NCBI GenBank assembly: GCA_977020255.1 | Contig: CDROCS010000506.1 | Location: 1,240,001-1,304,000, forward strand | Direction: 5' to 3' | Length of the DNA: 64,000 nt | Source of the DNA: Obrimoposthia wandeli | Lineage: Eukaryota | Shown: positions 52,139 through 62,215 of the stretch, piece by piece | Numbering within the stretch: position 1 is the first letter of the stretch | Layout: each line of letters opens with the position of its first letter | The notes under the pieces: generated by a model | What the model was told of the DNA's origin: nothing | Database searches by the model: none | The model's input: only the letters and a program-made list of their open reading frames with translations | Position numbers and translations under genes: made by a program

Positions 52139-52558
52139 CTAAAACACCACGCCAGATTGAAATATCACATTGGCATAAGGTGTACACTCACCCGTACGCA
52201 CAACCGCTTTGCTTTGTTCTGTGCGTTGTTTAAATGCTTCGTGACTAATATAGGTGATTACGATTTTTTTATTGGTTAGCTGTTCTTCATTAGCAATCAC
52301 ATCAAGTAAAGCGCGATGCAATTCAGGGCTAACCGCGGCAAATTCTTCTGCTAATACGATACCTTCAATTTGCATCTCGCCCAGTATTGCTGTCACTGTC
52401 GCGATAAATGTTGGTACACCCGGAATAAGCGCAAGATCGATACGTTGCGTTGACGCAGGAACCGGTAAACCAGCATCACAAATGGTGATCTCGTTGGTAT
52501 GGCCTAGCGTTGCAACTAAGTAAGATAAGTCTGCGTTGATAAGTGCATTTTTCTTCAT
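52139..52558 (-). CDS. rbsD: D-ribose pyranase
   Basis: LGHTNEITICDAGLP, SHEAFK, VRTGECTPYANVI. Confidence 0.98.
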   Translation of the reverse strand: MKKNALINADLSYLVATLGHTNEITICDAGLPVPASTQRIDLALIPGVPTFIATVTAILGEMQIEGIVLAEEFAAVSPELHRALLDVIANEEQLTNKKIVITYISHEAFKQRTEQSKAVVRTGECTPYANVIFQSGVVF

Positions 52559-52621
52559 GGGTCACGCCTTACAAGGTGAAAATAACTAAATCTGAGTTTT
52601 CAATATAATTACATAATACGT

Positions 52622-52651
52622 CATCGAAACGTTTGCGCAAACGTTTCGATG
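52622..52651. promoter_or_regulatory. RbsR operator: perfect 30-bp palindrome with two AAACGTTT cores
   Basis: CATCGAAACGTTTGC-GCAAACGTTTCGATG upstream of rbsD; core matches the RbsR motif CGAAACGTTTCG. Confidence 0.85.
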
Positions 52652-53037
52652 GGTTGAATATAGCCAAAAATAAGGATAATTCTAGTCTCTAAGTATAAAA
52701 ATGCGAGTTGGATCTAAAATCTAGGCCAATTTCTTTCATTTGAAATAGAAGTGTTATTGTTACGAAGAAAATCGTTTATATCGAAAGTAATAGTGACGAT
52801 AAAAATCAGTCGAAAATAAAATGATAACGATCATGAACTAATCTGCGCATCACGACAAAACGGTTAAGTTTTAAACCATCAAGTTCTAAACTTACATAAA
52901 ACAAAATAGAAGTAACACACTGAGTATTTATAATTAGGTAGTTTTTAATGTCGTATTTACGACTGGCTTCATGTTTTTATTCTTGGTTATGCGGTAGTTT
53001 AGTCTCTAATATTATTTGTATATAATAGAGTTAAAAT

Positions 53038-53502
53038 ATGAAAGATCGTTATCAAGTCGCGCTTTCCGCTGGCCTACTTGCTGCACTCTGGTGTGGTATC
53101 GCAGATACATTTCATTTAGTCACTTGGATAGGTTTTTTAAGTTGCAGCACTTTCTTTGCACAGCCGAAAGCTGGATTTAATGGCGTATTAATGACTTGGT
53201 TTACTAATTTATCCGGCGTGTTTTGGGCTTGGTTAGCGATTTCAGGCAGTGGCTGGGTTGATACACCGCTATTAGGTTATCTGCTCACAGGTATTGTCAC
53301 CAGTGCTATGTGTTTACAAGCGAGCTACAGTAAATTGGCTTTTATCCCCGGCGCTTTTATTGGCTGCTGCATAACCTTTGCCATGGCTGGCGATGTGCAT
53401 GCGATTATTCCACCATTACTCCTCGGCGGCCTACTTGGCTACAGCATGACACAATTAACAGCCTTGTTCGTTAGTTTTAAAACCACGCCACAGCACGCTT
53501 AA
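53038..53502 (+). CDS. DUF1097 (YcdZ-like) inner membrane protein
   Basis: W.GFLSCSTFFA, NLSGVFWAW, LAFIPGAFIGCCITFA pattern; multiple TM helices. Confidence 0.8.
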   Translation: MKDRYQVALSAGLLAALWCGIADTFHLVTWIGFLSCSTFFAQPKAGFNGVLMTWFTNLSGVFWAWLAISGSGWVDTPLLGYLLTGIVTSAMCLQASYSKLAFIPGAFIGCCITFAMAGDVHAIIPPLLLGGLLGYSMTQLTALFVSFKTTPQHA

Positions 53503-53979
53503 ACGCGACTTTCCTATAAGTTGTTTACGCAAGCGGTAACGCGACAATAAGAGCTAGATTATCACTGGCTCTTTAGTCTTATCTACACCCGCCCTACCAT
53601 TCTTAACTGCATAAACATCATCGAATACTTCCGATAAAATCACTCCAACTAAAATTAATGCTATATAGACATTGAGTATCACGAGCCTCTGCTCAGCTAT
53701 CCTTGTACCTTTGGTTAGCTAAATACGATAACTACATCATTATAGAACGAGTGCCTTTAGAGGGCTTAAGAAACGATGAAACAAAAAAAGGTAATTGTTA
53801 TATGACGGTAGGATTAGAGAATATATGTATTGATAATATGACTAGATTAAGAAATCTTAGTGACTTACACAATATGCCGAGAAATAGAATAGATATGATT
53901 TTTAAGGAGAGTAATTTGGAGCCACGCTAAACGTGACTCCACATACTTAATCTAAGATTAGGTTCTTAGATTAAGGGTT

Positions 53980-54867
53980 TTAGAATTTGTAAGATGCAGC
54001 GAAGTAATGTCCGAAGCCTGAAGATGCAAAAGCACTGCTGTCTTTAATACCGTAAATATCGTTATACGCTTTTAGACCATAACCAACTGAATAACGTTCT
54101 GAATGCCAGTAGATACCATTAAACATAGCACCGCCACTACTTACGCTACCGTCACCTGAGTCATTCATACCAAATTGGTAATCAATGTAACCTTGGTAAG
54201 AAATGAAGCTACCGTTGTCAAAATTAACAAACGGTTTAAACCAGTTCATAGAAAACTGATAACCATTCCAATCTTTAATGTTTGCGTCATATAAACCGTA
54301 AACGTTCATACCAACTTTACCTAACCAAGGCACCATCACATCAGAACCTAGACCGAAGAATGCATTGTTAACATCGCCACCGATAGTAACAGGTTTAGCA
54401 TCTGGATTAGTCACTTTATCATATGCATCATTAGGACGAGTTCCAGTGATACCACCGCCACCCCAGTTAAATAAAGTAGCAATATATACTTCTTGTACAG
54501 GACCGAAAGACAAATCTTTACCCGTCATGCCATCAAGAGAGAAACGCGGTGCAAGTTTCATATAAAGTTTGCTTGCACCGTCTTTTTTGTCTGAATCACT
54601 AGAGTCATCACCAAACAGGTTAAATACATCAACATAACCATATAGGTCAACAACCCCTGAACGGCCGCCGAATTCCATTTCTAAGTAGTTATGCTTTAAG
54701 TTATCTTCACCACTTGGTTTTTCATTTATCGCATACATTAAGTTGAACTGTGACCATTTGTAATCATTCTTGTGGATATCATCAGAATAATCAGCCGCGA
54801 TTGCGTTGCAAGAAAGAGCAGCAAGAGTTGTTGCAGCTAATACTGCGTTTTTAATGTTTTTCATCAT
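53980..54867 (-). CDS. ompK: Nucleoside-specific outer membrane channel (Tsx/OmpK family)
   Basis: ADYSDDIHKNDYKWSQFNLMYAINEKP, YLEMEFGGRSG..DLYGYVD, SYQGYIDYQFG, C-terminal SYKF. Confidence 0.9.
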   Translation of the reverse strand: MMKNIKNAVLAATTLAALSCNAIAADYSDDIHKNDYKWSQFNLMYAINEKPSGEDNLKHNYLEMEFGGRSGVVDLYGYVDVFNLFGDDSSDSDKKDGASKLYMKLAPRFSLDGMTGKDLSFGPVQEVYIATLFNWGGGGITGTRPNDAYDKVTNPDAKPVTIGGDVNNAFFGLGSDVMVPWLGKVGMNVYGLYDANIKDWNGYQFSMNWFKPFVNFDNGSFISYQGYIDYQFGMNDSGDGSVSSGGAMFNGIYWHSERYSVGYGLKAYNDIYGIKDSSAFASSGFGHYFAASYKF

Positions 54868-55164
54868 TACTTCCATTTTATGGTGCACAGCTCTATATGA
54901 GTCAGCGCTATATTTTATGGCGCGAGTTTATCGCGATTACAAAAAAGTTCAATAAATCTGTAACAAATACTGCAATAAATATCAAAAAATGTGATCAAAA
55001 GTTTAATTAACTGCATTTAGATCACTAAGCAAACTATTTAACTAGATCATAGTAATTTAAAAGTAAGTTGTTGTTGATGAAAGGTTATTGAAAATATGGT
55101 TAACCCCATAGTACCGAAATAATTATTTAACCATTTGATTTATATTATTTTCTATAAAAATAGT

Positions 55165-55186
55165 AGCTGAAATTTAAATTTCAGCT
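55165..55186. other. Perfect 22-bp palindrome in the ompK-ushA intergenic region
   Basis: AGCTGAAATTT-AAATTTCAGCT. Confidence 0.6.
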
Positions 55187-55935
55187 TATTTACACATAGC
55201 CTATAAAAGAAAAAAAGCAAAAGTGAAAAACAACAACGAAACGTAAACAACTGTAAACAAAAGAAAAGAAGTGTAATCAATCATAAGTAGTTTAAAAACT
55301 ATTCATATTTCAAAATTGGATAACCAACCAACAAATAAAATATATTGTACATAATAAACATAGATAAAATAATCAATAGCTACCGTTAAAAATCATCATA
55401 GGTCACCTCAAAGTATCAAAATAAGATTAATTAACCAAAAACACAAACAGAATTTTATGCTAAACAAGCATCCCAGTAGTAACACCTCCTAAATTTGTAA
55501 AAAAAGCTAATCCACCAACATAATCAACACATCAAAAAGTAAATCAAGTTCACAAATTTAGTTATAAAAAAACCAAAAAAACAACATTGACGAACTAATC
55601 CTTTGTAAAAGAAGACATTGAATCTCCAACCTACAAATAAGATGTATGAATAATGTATGACGAATGTTTTATTTTTTTAACGAAAAATGATAAAGCAATA
55701 GCTCTAAATCACACTTACAGTATTTAAATTGCCACAAACTTGGCTATTTCAAGCATTGATGTATAGTTGATTTCCCTATATTAAGCCAATATAACAGTGA
55801 TATTGATCGTAAGAGCGGTAATGGTGGCGATTGTTGGCATTCTTAGAATAAATAATTTAGCCGTATAACCTTATCTTCAATTCAATCTTGAAGGCTTGAA
55901 TTTTTACAGTAATTAATATTTTTAGGCATAACATT

Positions 55936-57606
55936 ATGACTTATAAAAACCTCGCTTTAACCGCCTTGGCCTTGGCAGTGGCTACAGGCTGTTCCAGTTC
56001 AAATACCAACCAGACTAATAGTGCAGCGTTCAATCACGATTGGATCCAAGATAAAGAATACAACCTGACAATTTTACATACCAACGATAATCACGGTAAC
56101 TTCTGGCAAAATAAATACGGTGAACGCGGCATGGCTGCGCGTGCAACACTCGTAAACAACATCCGTAATGAAGTCCAAGTTGAAGGAGGCTCAGTCTTAC
56201 TACTCTCTGGTGGTGATATAAATACCGGAGTTCCAGAATCAGACTTGCAAGACGCCGAACCAGATTTTATTGGTATGAACATGATTGGTTACGATGCAAT
56301 GACATTAGGCAATCATGAATTCGATAACACACTTGATGTACTAGCAAAGCAAGAAGGCTGGGCAAACTTCCCATTCATCTCTGCAAATATCTATAAAAAT
56401 GGTAAGCGTATGTTTGATGCTTACAAGATATTTAACAAAGACGGTATCAAGATCGCTGTTATTGGTTTAACGACAGAAGATACAGCCAAAATTGGTAACC
56501 CTGAATTTATTAGCGAATTAGAATTCCGCGATCCGAAAGTGGAAGCTAAAGCATTAATAGCTGAATTGAAAGCAACTGAAAATCCAGATGTAATAATTGC
56601 TGCAACGCATATGGGCCATTACCTAAACGGTGATAACGGTTCAAATGCATCGGGTGATGTACAGTTAGCGCGTTATCTTAACGAAGGCGATTTAGATATG
56701 ATCGTCGGCGGTCATTCACAAGAACCTGTGTGTATGGAAGGCGCTGAATACGCAAACTTCAAACCAGGTCAAGACTGTACACCTGATGTGCAAAATGGCA
56801 CTGACATTGTACAAGCACACGAATGGGGTAAATATGTGGGCCGTGCAGATTACACCTTTATAAATGGTGAGTTCACACTGCAATCGTACAACCTCATTCC
56901 AGTTAACTTAAAGACAAAAATTAAAAATGCCAAAGGTAAAAAAGTACGCGTACTTATCCAAGATGAAATAGCACAGGACCAAGCTGTATTTAATGCGTTA
57001 AAACCTTTCCAAGATAAAGGCCAATCTGCACTTAATATCCAAATTGGTAAAAGCAATGGCTTGCTTCAAGGTGAACGTAAGATCGTGCGTAATAACCAAA
57101 CAAACCTGGGCCGTTTAATTGCAACATCGCACATGCAACGCGCTAAAGCTGACTTTGCAATCATGAATTCTGGTGGTGTAAGAGCCTCAATCGAAGCAGG
57201 TAATATCTCTTATAAAGACGTATTAACTGTTCAACCGTTTGGCAATATCATTACGTATGTTGATATGACAGGCGCAGAAGTCATGGATTACCTGAATATA
57301 GTGGGCACTAAGACCCGTGATTCAGGTGCTTATGCTCAGTTCGCTGGTATCCAAATGACTGTTGCAGGAGACCAAGTTAAAAATGTTGTTATTTCAGGTG
57401 AAGCACTAGATACAACAGCAACCTACCGTTTCACTATTCCATCATTTAACGCCGCTGGCGGTGATGGCTATCCAAACATCACTGCACACCCCGCATTTGT
57501 AAACACAGGTTATGTCGATGCTGAAGTTCTAAAAGACTACATCCAAGCAAATTCACCGATTAACGTCGATGATTTTTCACCTAAAGGTGAGATCACTCAC
57601 CTGTAA
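55936..57606 (+). CDS. ushA: 5'-nucleotidase / UDP-sugar hydrolase UshA (lipoprotein form)
   Basis: Lipobox ATGC, ILHTNDNHG, GGDINTG, GNHEFD, GGHSQ, FNAAGGDGYP. Confidence 0.95.
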   Translation: MTYKNLALTALALAVATGCSSSNTNQTNSAAFNHDWIQDKEYNLTILHTNDNHGNFWQNKYGERGMAARATLVNNIRNEVQVEGGSVLLLSGGDINTGVPESDLQDAEPDFIGMNMIGYDAMTLGNHEFDNTLDVLAKQEGWANFPFISANIYKNGKRMFDAYKIFNKDGIKIAVIGLTTEDTAKIGNPEFISELEFRDPKVEAKALIAELKATENPDVIIAATHMGHYLNGDNGSNASGDVQLARYLNEGDLDMIVGGHSQEPVCMEGAEYANFKPGQDCTPDVQNGTDIVQAHEWGKYVGRADYTFINGEFTLQSYNLIPVNLKTKIKNAKGKKVRVLIQDEIAQDQAVFNALKPFQDKGQSALNIQIGKSNGLLQGERKIVRNNQTNLGRLIATSHMQRAKADFAIMNSGGVRASIEAGNISYKDVLTVQPFGNIITYVDMTGAEVMDYLNIVGTKTRDSGAYAQFAGIQMTVAGDQVKNVVISGEALDTTATYRFTIPSFNAAGGDGYPNITAHPAFVNTGYVDAEVLKDYIQANSPINVDDFSPKGEITHL

Positions 57607-57680
57607 TATAAAAATAATAAATTCACTTTTAAAATTAAACCGCACAGGTATGTGCGGTTAACCTTACAGAGATAAAAAAC

Positions 57681-58793
57681 ATGTTAAAGAAAACTGCTCT
57701 TGCAATAGCACTCTCTTCTTTATTCGTAAGTGCTGCAGCGCAAGCTGTCACTATTTACGATAATGACAACGACCACGTCATCAAGTTATACGGCGAAGTT
57801 GGCGTAGGTGGGCATTTCAACCCTGATTATGAATACGATGAGTTCGTTGAATCGCCACTAAACAATAATAAAGATGGTTATGGTAATGATACAAATTACA
57901 TCGATGACAGCTTTGCTACGCTCGGTGTAAAAGGTAAATATCAAGAAGTCTACTACCGTCTAGAGTTAGATTACGAACGTGAAAACTGGGCTTATGGTTC
58001 AGGTGATATGGTATTGGCAATCGATAAACTATTTATTGGTTACAATCTCACTGACAATCACGCTATCGAAGTCGGTCTCACCGATACTGCGTTTGATGAT
58101 TACGATAAATACGGTGATTTCACGTTTGATACCACAGTTGAAACAGGTGAAGCTGGCGACCAAGCAAATACAGTTAAATATGAAGGTAAAATCAAAAGCT
58201 TCAAATTGGGTGTGTCTTATTCTTACCAAGGTGAGTCATCGTCAGGCTCTGCGCTAGGTGATATCGTCAATGGTTATGTCGGTTACTTTGGCAAGACTAT
58301 TTCAGCTGTTGTTGGTGTAGAACAACGAGCTGGATCTGCCGGTGAATCTAAGTACGGTGAACAAACCCTATTTGGTTTTGGCGCGCGTTATCACATCACC
58401 GAAGCACTATCACTGGGTGTTAATGCCTATATCGAAGATGAAGATATTGCTAAAGACAGCACCAATCTCGTTATTGACCCAGCTAACTCTGATAACAATG
58501 TGACTGTATACAACGATTACCAAACCTTCCAAAACAAAGGTGCTTTAGTTTCTGCTCGTTACAAATTTTCTGAAAAATGGGAAGTAACAGGTTCTTATAA
58601 CTTCGAAGAATATGAAAAATGGGCAATCAAAAATGCTGAATACGGTGCAACTCAATATTCTTGGGGCGACGAACGCACTTGGGGCACCATTGGCGTGAAC
58701 TTCCGCCCATCAAGCTCAGTTATTTTCGCGATTGAAGGTAACGTCGGCGAAGCAGCACAAGATGCTTACGCTTACGGCCGTGTTTATTTCTAA
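57681..58793 (+). CDS. Predicted outer-membrane beta-barrel porin
   Basis: Signal ending AQA, VTIYD...KLYGEV, alternating strands, C-terminal GRVYF. Confidence 0.8.
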   Translation: MLKKTALAIALSSLFVSAAAQAVTIYDNDNDHVIKLYGEVGVGGHFNPDYEYDEFVESPLNNNKDGYGNDTNYIDDSFATLGVKGKYQEVYYRLELDYERENWAYGSGDMVLAIDKLFIGYNLTDNHAIEVGLTDTAFDDYDKYGDFTFDTTVETGEAGDQANTVKYEGKIKSFKLGVSYSYQGESSSGSALGDIVNGYVGYFGKTISAVVGVEQRAGSAGESKYGEQTLFGFGARYHITEALSLGVNAYIEDEDIAKDSTNLVIDPANSDNNVTVYNDYQTFQNKGALVSARYKFSEKWEVTGSYNFEEYEKWAIKNAEYGATQYSWGDERTWGTIGVNFRPSSSVIFAIEGNVGEAAQDAYAYGRVYF

Positions 58794-58844
58794 TATTGCC
58801 ATCGTTCCGATGTAAGAATCAGTTAACTAATTTTAAGGCACATT

Positions 58845-61800
58845 ATGAAAAAGAAAATTTTAGCACTCGCAATTGGCAGTGTATTATCAGCAGGCGTTCA
58901 AGCTGTTGGACCGATTGATGACATTATTATCACTGAATATTTGGAAGGTGGTTCTTATAACAAAGCTGTCGAATTGACAAACTTTGGCAATGCCGATTTT
59001 ATCTTTCCAGCTAATCATGCATTAGTAAGACAAGTAAATGGCGCAGGTGCTTATGGTGTGTCATTTGATTTGTCAGGTAAAACGATTAAAGCTGGAAAAA
59101 CGCTTGTAGTTGTGAATAATAATGGTAGCAGAGGTGCGGATACAAACCCTGCTTATGCTACGGCTATTGCTAATGGTTTAGTAGAAGACACAGATCTTTT
59201 TGTTGATAGTAGCATTTCTCATAATGGTGATGATCCTATCGCTTTAGCTGATGTGACTAATGCGGCAGCGCCAATTTTAATCGACCAAATGGGTGTAAGT
59301 GGTGATGTCGACTGGGCTAAAGACAAAACCCTAATTCGAATGAAAAAAGCAGACGGTTCACATCCAGATCAAAGAACGCTGTATTATGCAGATTTATGGG
59401 AAGTAAAAGCTAAAGATTACGTTGCGGATCTCGGAATCCCAACTCTCGCGGATTACGTTACACCTACAAACCCAGAACCAACACCACCAACACCACCAAT
59501 ACCAGGTGCTAAATGCTCAACTGAAACTCAAACTGAAATCGGCGCGATTCAAGGTGAAACATTTTCATCACCACTGATTAAAAGTGGCTTTGCAACAACT
59601 GAAGAATATAACGTTACAGCCGTAATCTCGGGTGTTGCCAAATCTTTCCCTGTTAAAGGTTTCTACTTATACCAAAATGATAATAATGAGAACACATCTG
59701 ATGGTATTTTTGTTAAAACAGATACAGATGCATCAGCGCTGATTGGACAAACAGTTTGTGTTACAAGTAAGGTTTATGAAAACTACGGTCGTACTGAATT
59801 AAGATCAAATGAATGGGAAGTTGTAGACGCAACAGTTCAAGATGTACCAGCAACACCAGTGAAAATCATTGCAGCTGATACCACTCCTGAAGACGGCTTT
59901 AACTTTGATGCGACACTTGAACGTTATGAGGGCATGAAAGTTAAGTTTACTGAAGATATGAATGGTGCTGATATGCGTGTAGCCAAGCCATATAGCTTTG
60001 ATTATACCGACTTCCGTCCAAACTTGATGATATCGTACGAACGTCCAAATATGCATCCAAATCAAAACTTTGCTGCAGGTAGCCAAGAGTCAAAAGATCA
60101 GAATACAGCTAATTTCCAACGCCGTGTTATCGTTGATACAGACACAAAGGGTAAAGCAAGTAATATGCTTTATTATACGGATTTTTCTGCTGATCCTAAA
60201 ACAAACTACGTTCGCATTGACGATAGCGTTATTAATTTAGAAGGTATGCTTACTTATAATTCAGCATATAAGAAATATGCTGATTTTTATCTTATAGCGC
60301 CTAACACTAATATCACTAATTTGTCATTTAAACACAACACCGACCGAAAAACAGCTACAGAGCTTGCAGCTAGTTTGAATAAAGTGCCAGCTGGTGAAAT
60401 TGAGATAAAAATTGCGACACAAAACGTATTAAACTTCTTCAATTCACCATTTGGCGGTGAAGAAAATACACATGGTGAAAACCGTGGTGCGGATAGTGAA
60501 AGCGAATACACTAAACAGAAAGATAAAATTGTTGCAGCTATTAGAGGGCTAGACTCTGATATTATCGGTCTAATGGAAATCGAAAATAATAGCTTTAATG
60601 ACTTTAGTGCGATTAAAGATTTAGTTGACGCTGTAAATGAAGGTTATACAGATGAACGCCCGAGCCATGTGGATGATGATAGATATAAAGATATCTCTAT
60701 AGCAAAACGCTATGCGTACGTCGGATTTGATTCTAATGGCGATTTAGTTCTTGATAAAGAAGATTCTATCGGTTCAGATGTTATCACGAGCGGTATGCTT
60801 TATCGCCCTAAATCAGTATCACTCAAAGGTGTAAAAGTAATCACTATGCCAAATCAACAGGATAAGCCTGTTGTGAATGATAATGGCGAAGTTGTTAAAA
60901 ACTACAAAGGTGAAGTACTCGAGAGTGGTAAAAACTACCAACGTGATTCATTAGCCGTAACTTTCACTATCAACCAAACTGGTAAAGATTTAACAGTTGC
61001 AGTTAACCACCTTAAGTCTAAAGGTTCAACATGTGCTGAAGAATGGGATGGTGTTGATCTTGGAACTAAAACATCACTTGCTTTTAACGAAGATAAGTCT
61101 TTAGTTAAAGATTATGACTTCCAAGGTTCATGTGAAAACTTCCGTGTTGCCGCTGCTGTCCAATTAGGCACAGAAATGGCCAAAATTGAAGGTGATAAAG
61201 TACTTGTTGGCGATATGAACTCATACGCACAAGAACATCCAATGCTGGTATTAACTGACATTCCGGCAGGTACTGAAGTTAAAGCAGCACGAAATACCTA
61301 CATAGGTAAAACACCTCAATATGGTCAAGATGGCGCGACTATCACTGAATCATTTGGCTATCTAAATGCTGTAAGTATCAAAGATGCACATGGTTGGAGC
61401 TATTCATATAATGATCACATCGGTTCTTTAGATCACGCATTAATCACACCTTCTCTAAAAGATCGTTTAATTGATGCAACTGATTGGCACATTAATGCTG
61501 CTGAATCACCAATTTATGATTACAACGAAGATCGTAAAGATGGTAAAGCTGACGAATTCTATGTTGATGATGCATACCGCTCTTCAGATCATGATTCTGC
61601 AATTATTGTATTAAGCTATAAACATGCAGAAACTGAAGATGGTAAACCAGTTCATTTAGTTAATAACCTATCAGGCTCTGTCAAAGTACCTTATAACATT
61701 CCAGTTTTAGCTGGTTCTAAAACAGGTGATATTGCAACAATTACTTTAACACCTCTTGGACATGCTCCAGATATGGATCGTGTGACTCTGCCAAGTGTTG

Positions 61801-62048
61801 CATTAAAAGCTGACGCTCAGTCACTAGTTGAATTTGAAGTTTATGGTGCACCTTCAGGTCTATATAAAGCGACAATGGAAATTGAAAGACAAGGTGTTCA
61901 GTTAAGCTCTGCTTCAACAGGTAATTCTAAAGTAACAATTGAAATCAACGTTGCTAAAAAAGATTCTTTGAAGCCTAAGATTACAACGCCAAAATATGAT
62001 GAATCAGGTGGTCCTCATTTGTATGTCGGTATCCCATGTCCCTACTAA
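58845..62048 (+). CDS. ExeM/NucH (Xds-like) extracellular endonuclease: lamin-tail domain, PT linker, OB fold, EEP domain; C-terminal anchor frame-broken
   Basis: IITEYLEGGSYNKAVELTN, IGAIQG, SDGIFV, LERYEGMKV, NVLNFFN, GLMEIEN, VNHLKSKG, GDMNSY, GSLDH, RSSDHD. Confidence 0.9.
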   Translation: MKKKILALAIGSVLSAGVQAVGPIDDIIITEYLEGGSYNKAVELTNFGNADFIFPANHALVRQVNGAGAYGVSFDLSGKTIKAGKTLVVVNNNGSRGADTNPAYATAIANGLVEDTDLFVDSSISHNGDDPIALADVTNAAAPILIDQMGVSGDVDWAKDKTLIRMKKADGSHPDQRTLYYADLWEVKAKDYVADLGIPTLADYVTPTNPEPTPPTPPIPGAKCSTETQTEIGAIQGETFSSPLIKSGFATTEEYNVTAVISGVAKSFPVKGFYLYQNDNNENTSDGIFVKTDTDASALIGQTVCVTSKVYENYGRTELRSNEWEVVDATVQDVPATPVKIIAADTTPEDGFNFDATLERYEGMKVKFTEDMNGADMRVAKPYSFDYTDFRPNLMISYERPNMHPNQNFAAGSQESKDQNTANFQRRVIVDTDTKGKASNMLYYTDFSADPKTNYVRIDDSVINLEGMLTYNSAYKKYADFYLIAPNTNITNLSFKHNTDRKTATELAASLNKVPAGEIEIKIATQNVLNFFNSPFGGEENTHGENRGADSESEYTKQKDKIVAAIRGLDSDIIGLMEIENNSFNDFSAIKDLVDAVNEGYTDERPSHVDDDRYKDISIAKRYAYVGFDSNGDLVLDKEDSIGSDVITSGMLYRPKSVSLKGVKVITMPNQQDKPVVNDNGEVVKNYKGEVLESGKNYQRDSLAVTFTINQTGKDLTVAVNHLKSKGSTCAEEWDGVDLGTKTSLAFNEDKSLVKDYDFQGSCENFRVAAAVQLGTEMAKIEGDKVLVGDMNSYAQEHPMLVLTDIPAGTEVKAARNTYIGKTPQYGQDGATITESFGYLNAVSIKDAHGWSYSYNDHIGSLDHALITPSLKDRLIDATDWHINAAESPIYDYNEDRKDGKADEFYVDDAYRSSDHDSAIIVLSYKHAETEDGKPVHLVNNLSGSVKVPYNIPVLAGSKTGDIATITLTPLGHAPDMDRVTLPSVALKADAQSLVEFEVYGAPSGLYKATMEIERQGVQLSSASTGNSKVTIEINVAKKDSLKPKITTPKYDESGGPHLYVGIPCPY

Positions 62049-62215
62049 GTGGTATATGGTTTCTTACGTAAGAAAGCTTTCAATAGAGTTAATGATATAA
62101 TAGATGGCTTTTCTTTTTTTCTAATAACTCTTAATAATTTAATACACAGAATATTTTTAAGTTTTTAATTTAAGGATATTTTCAATTATTAAATTTAGTT
62201 GTAATAAGGTTTCTC

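Noticed and set aside
53703-53930. 75-aa plus-strand ORF (TTG start) between DUF1097 and ompK, and a 44-codon minus-strand frame nearby
   Set aside because: No convincing RBS, motif or codon signal; likely spurious in AT-rich DNA.
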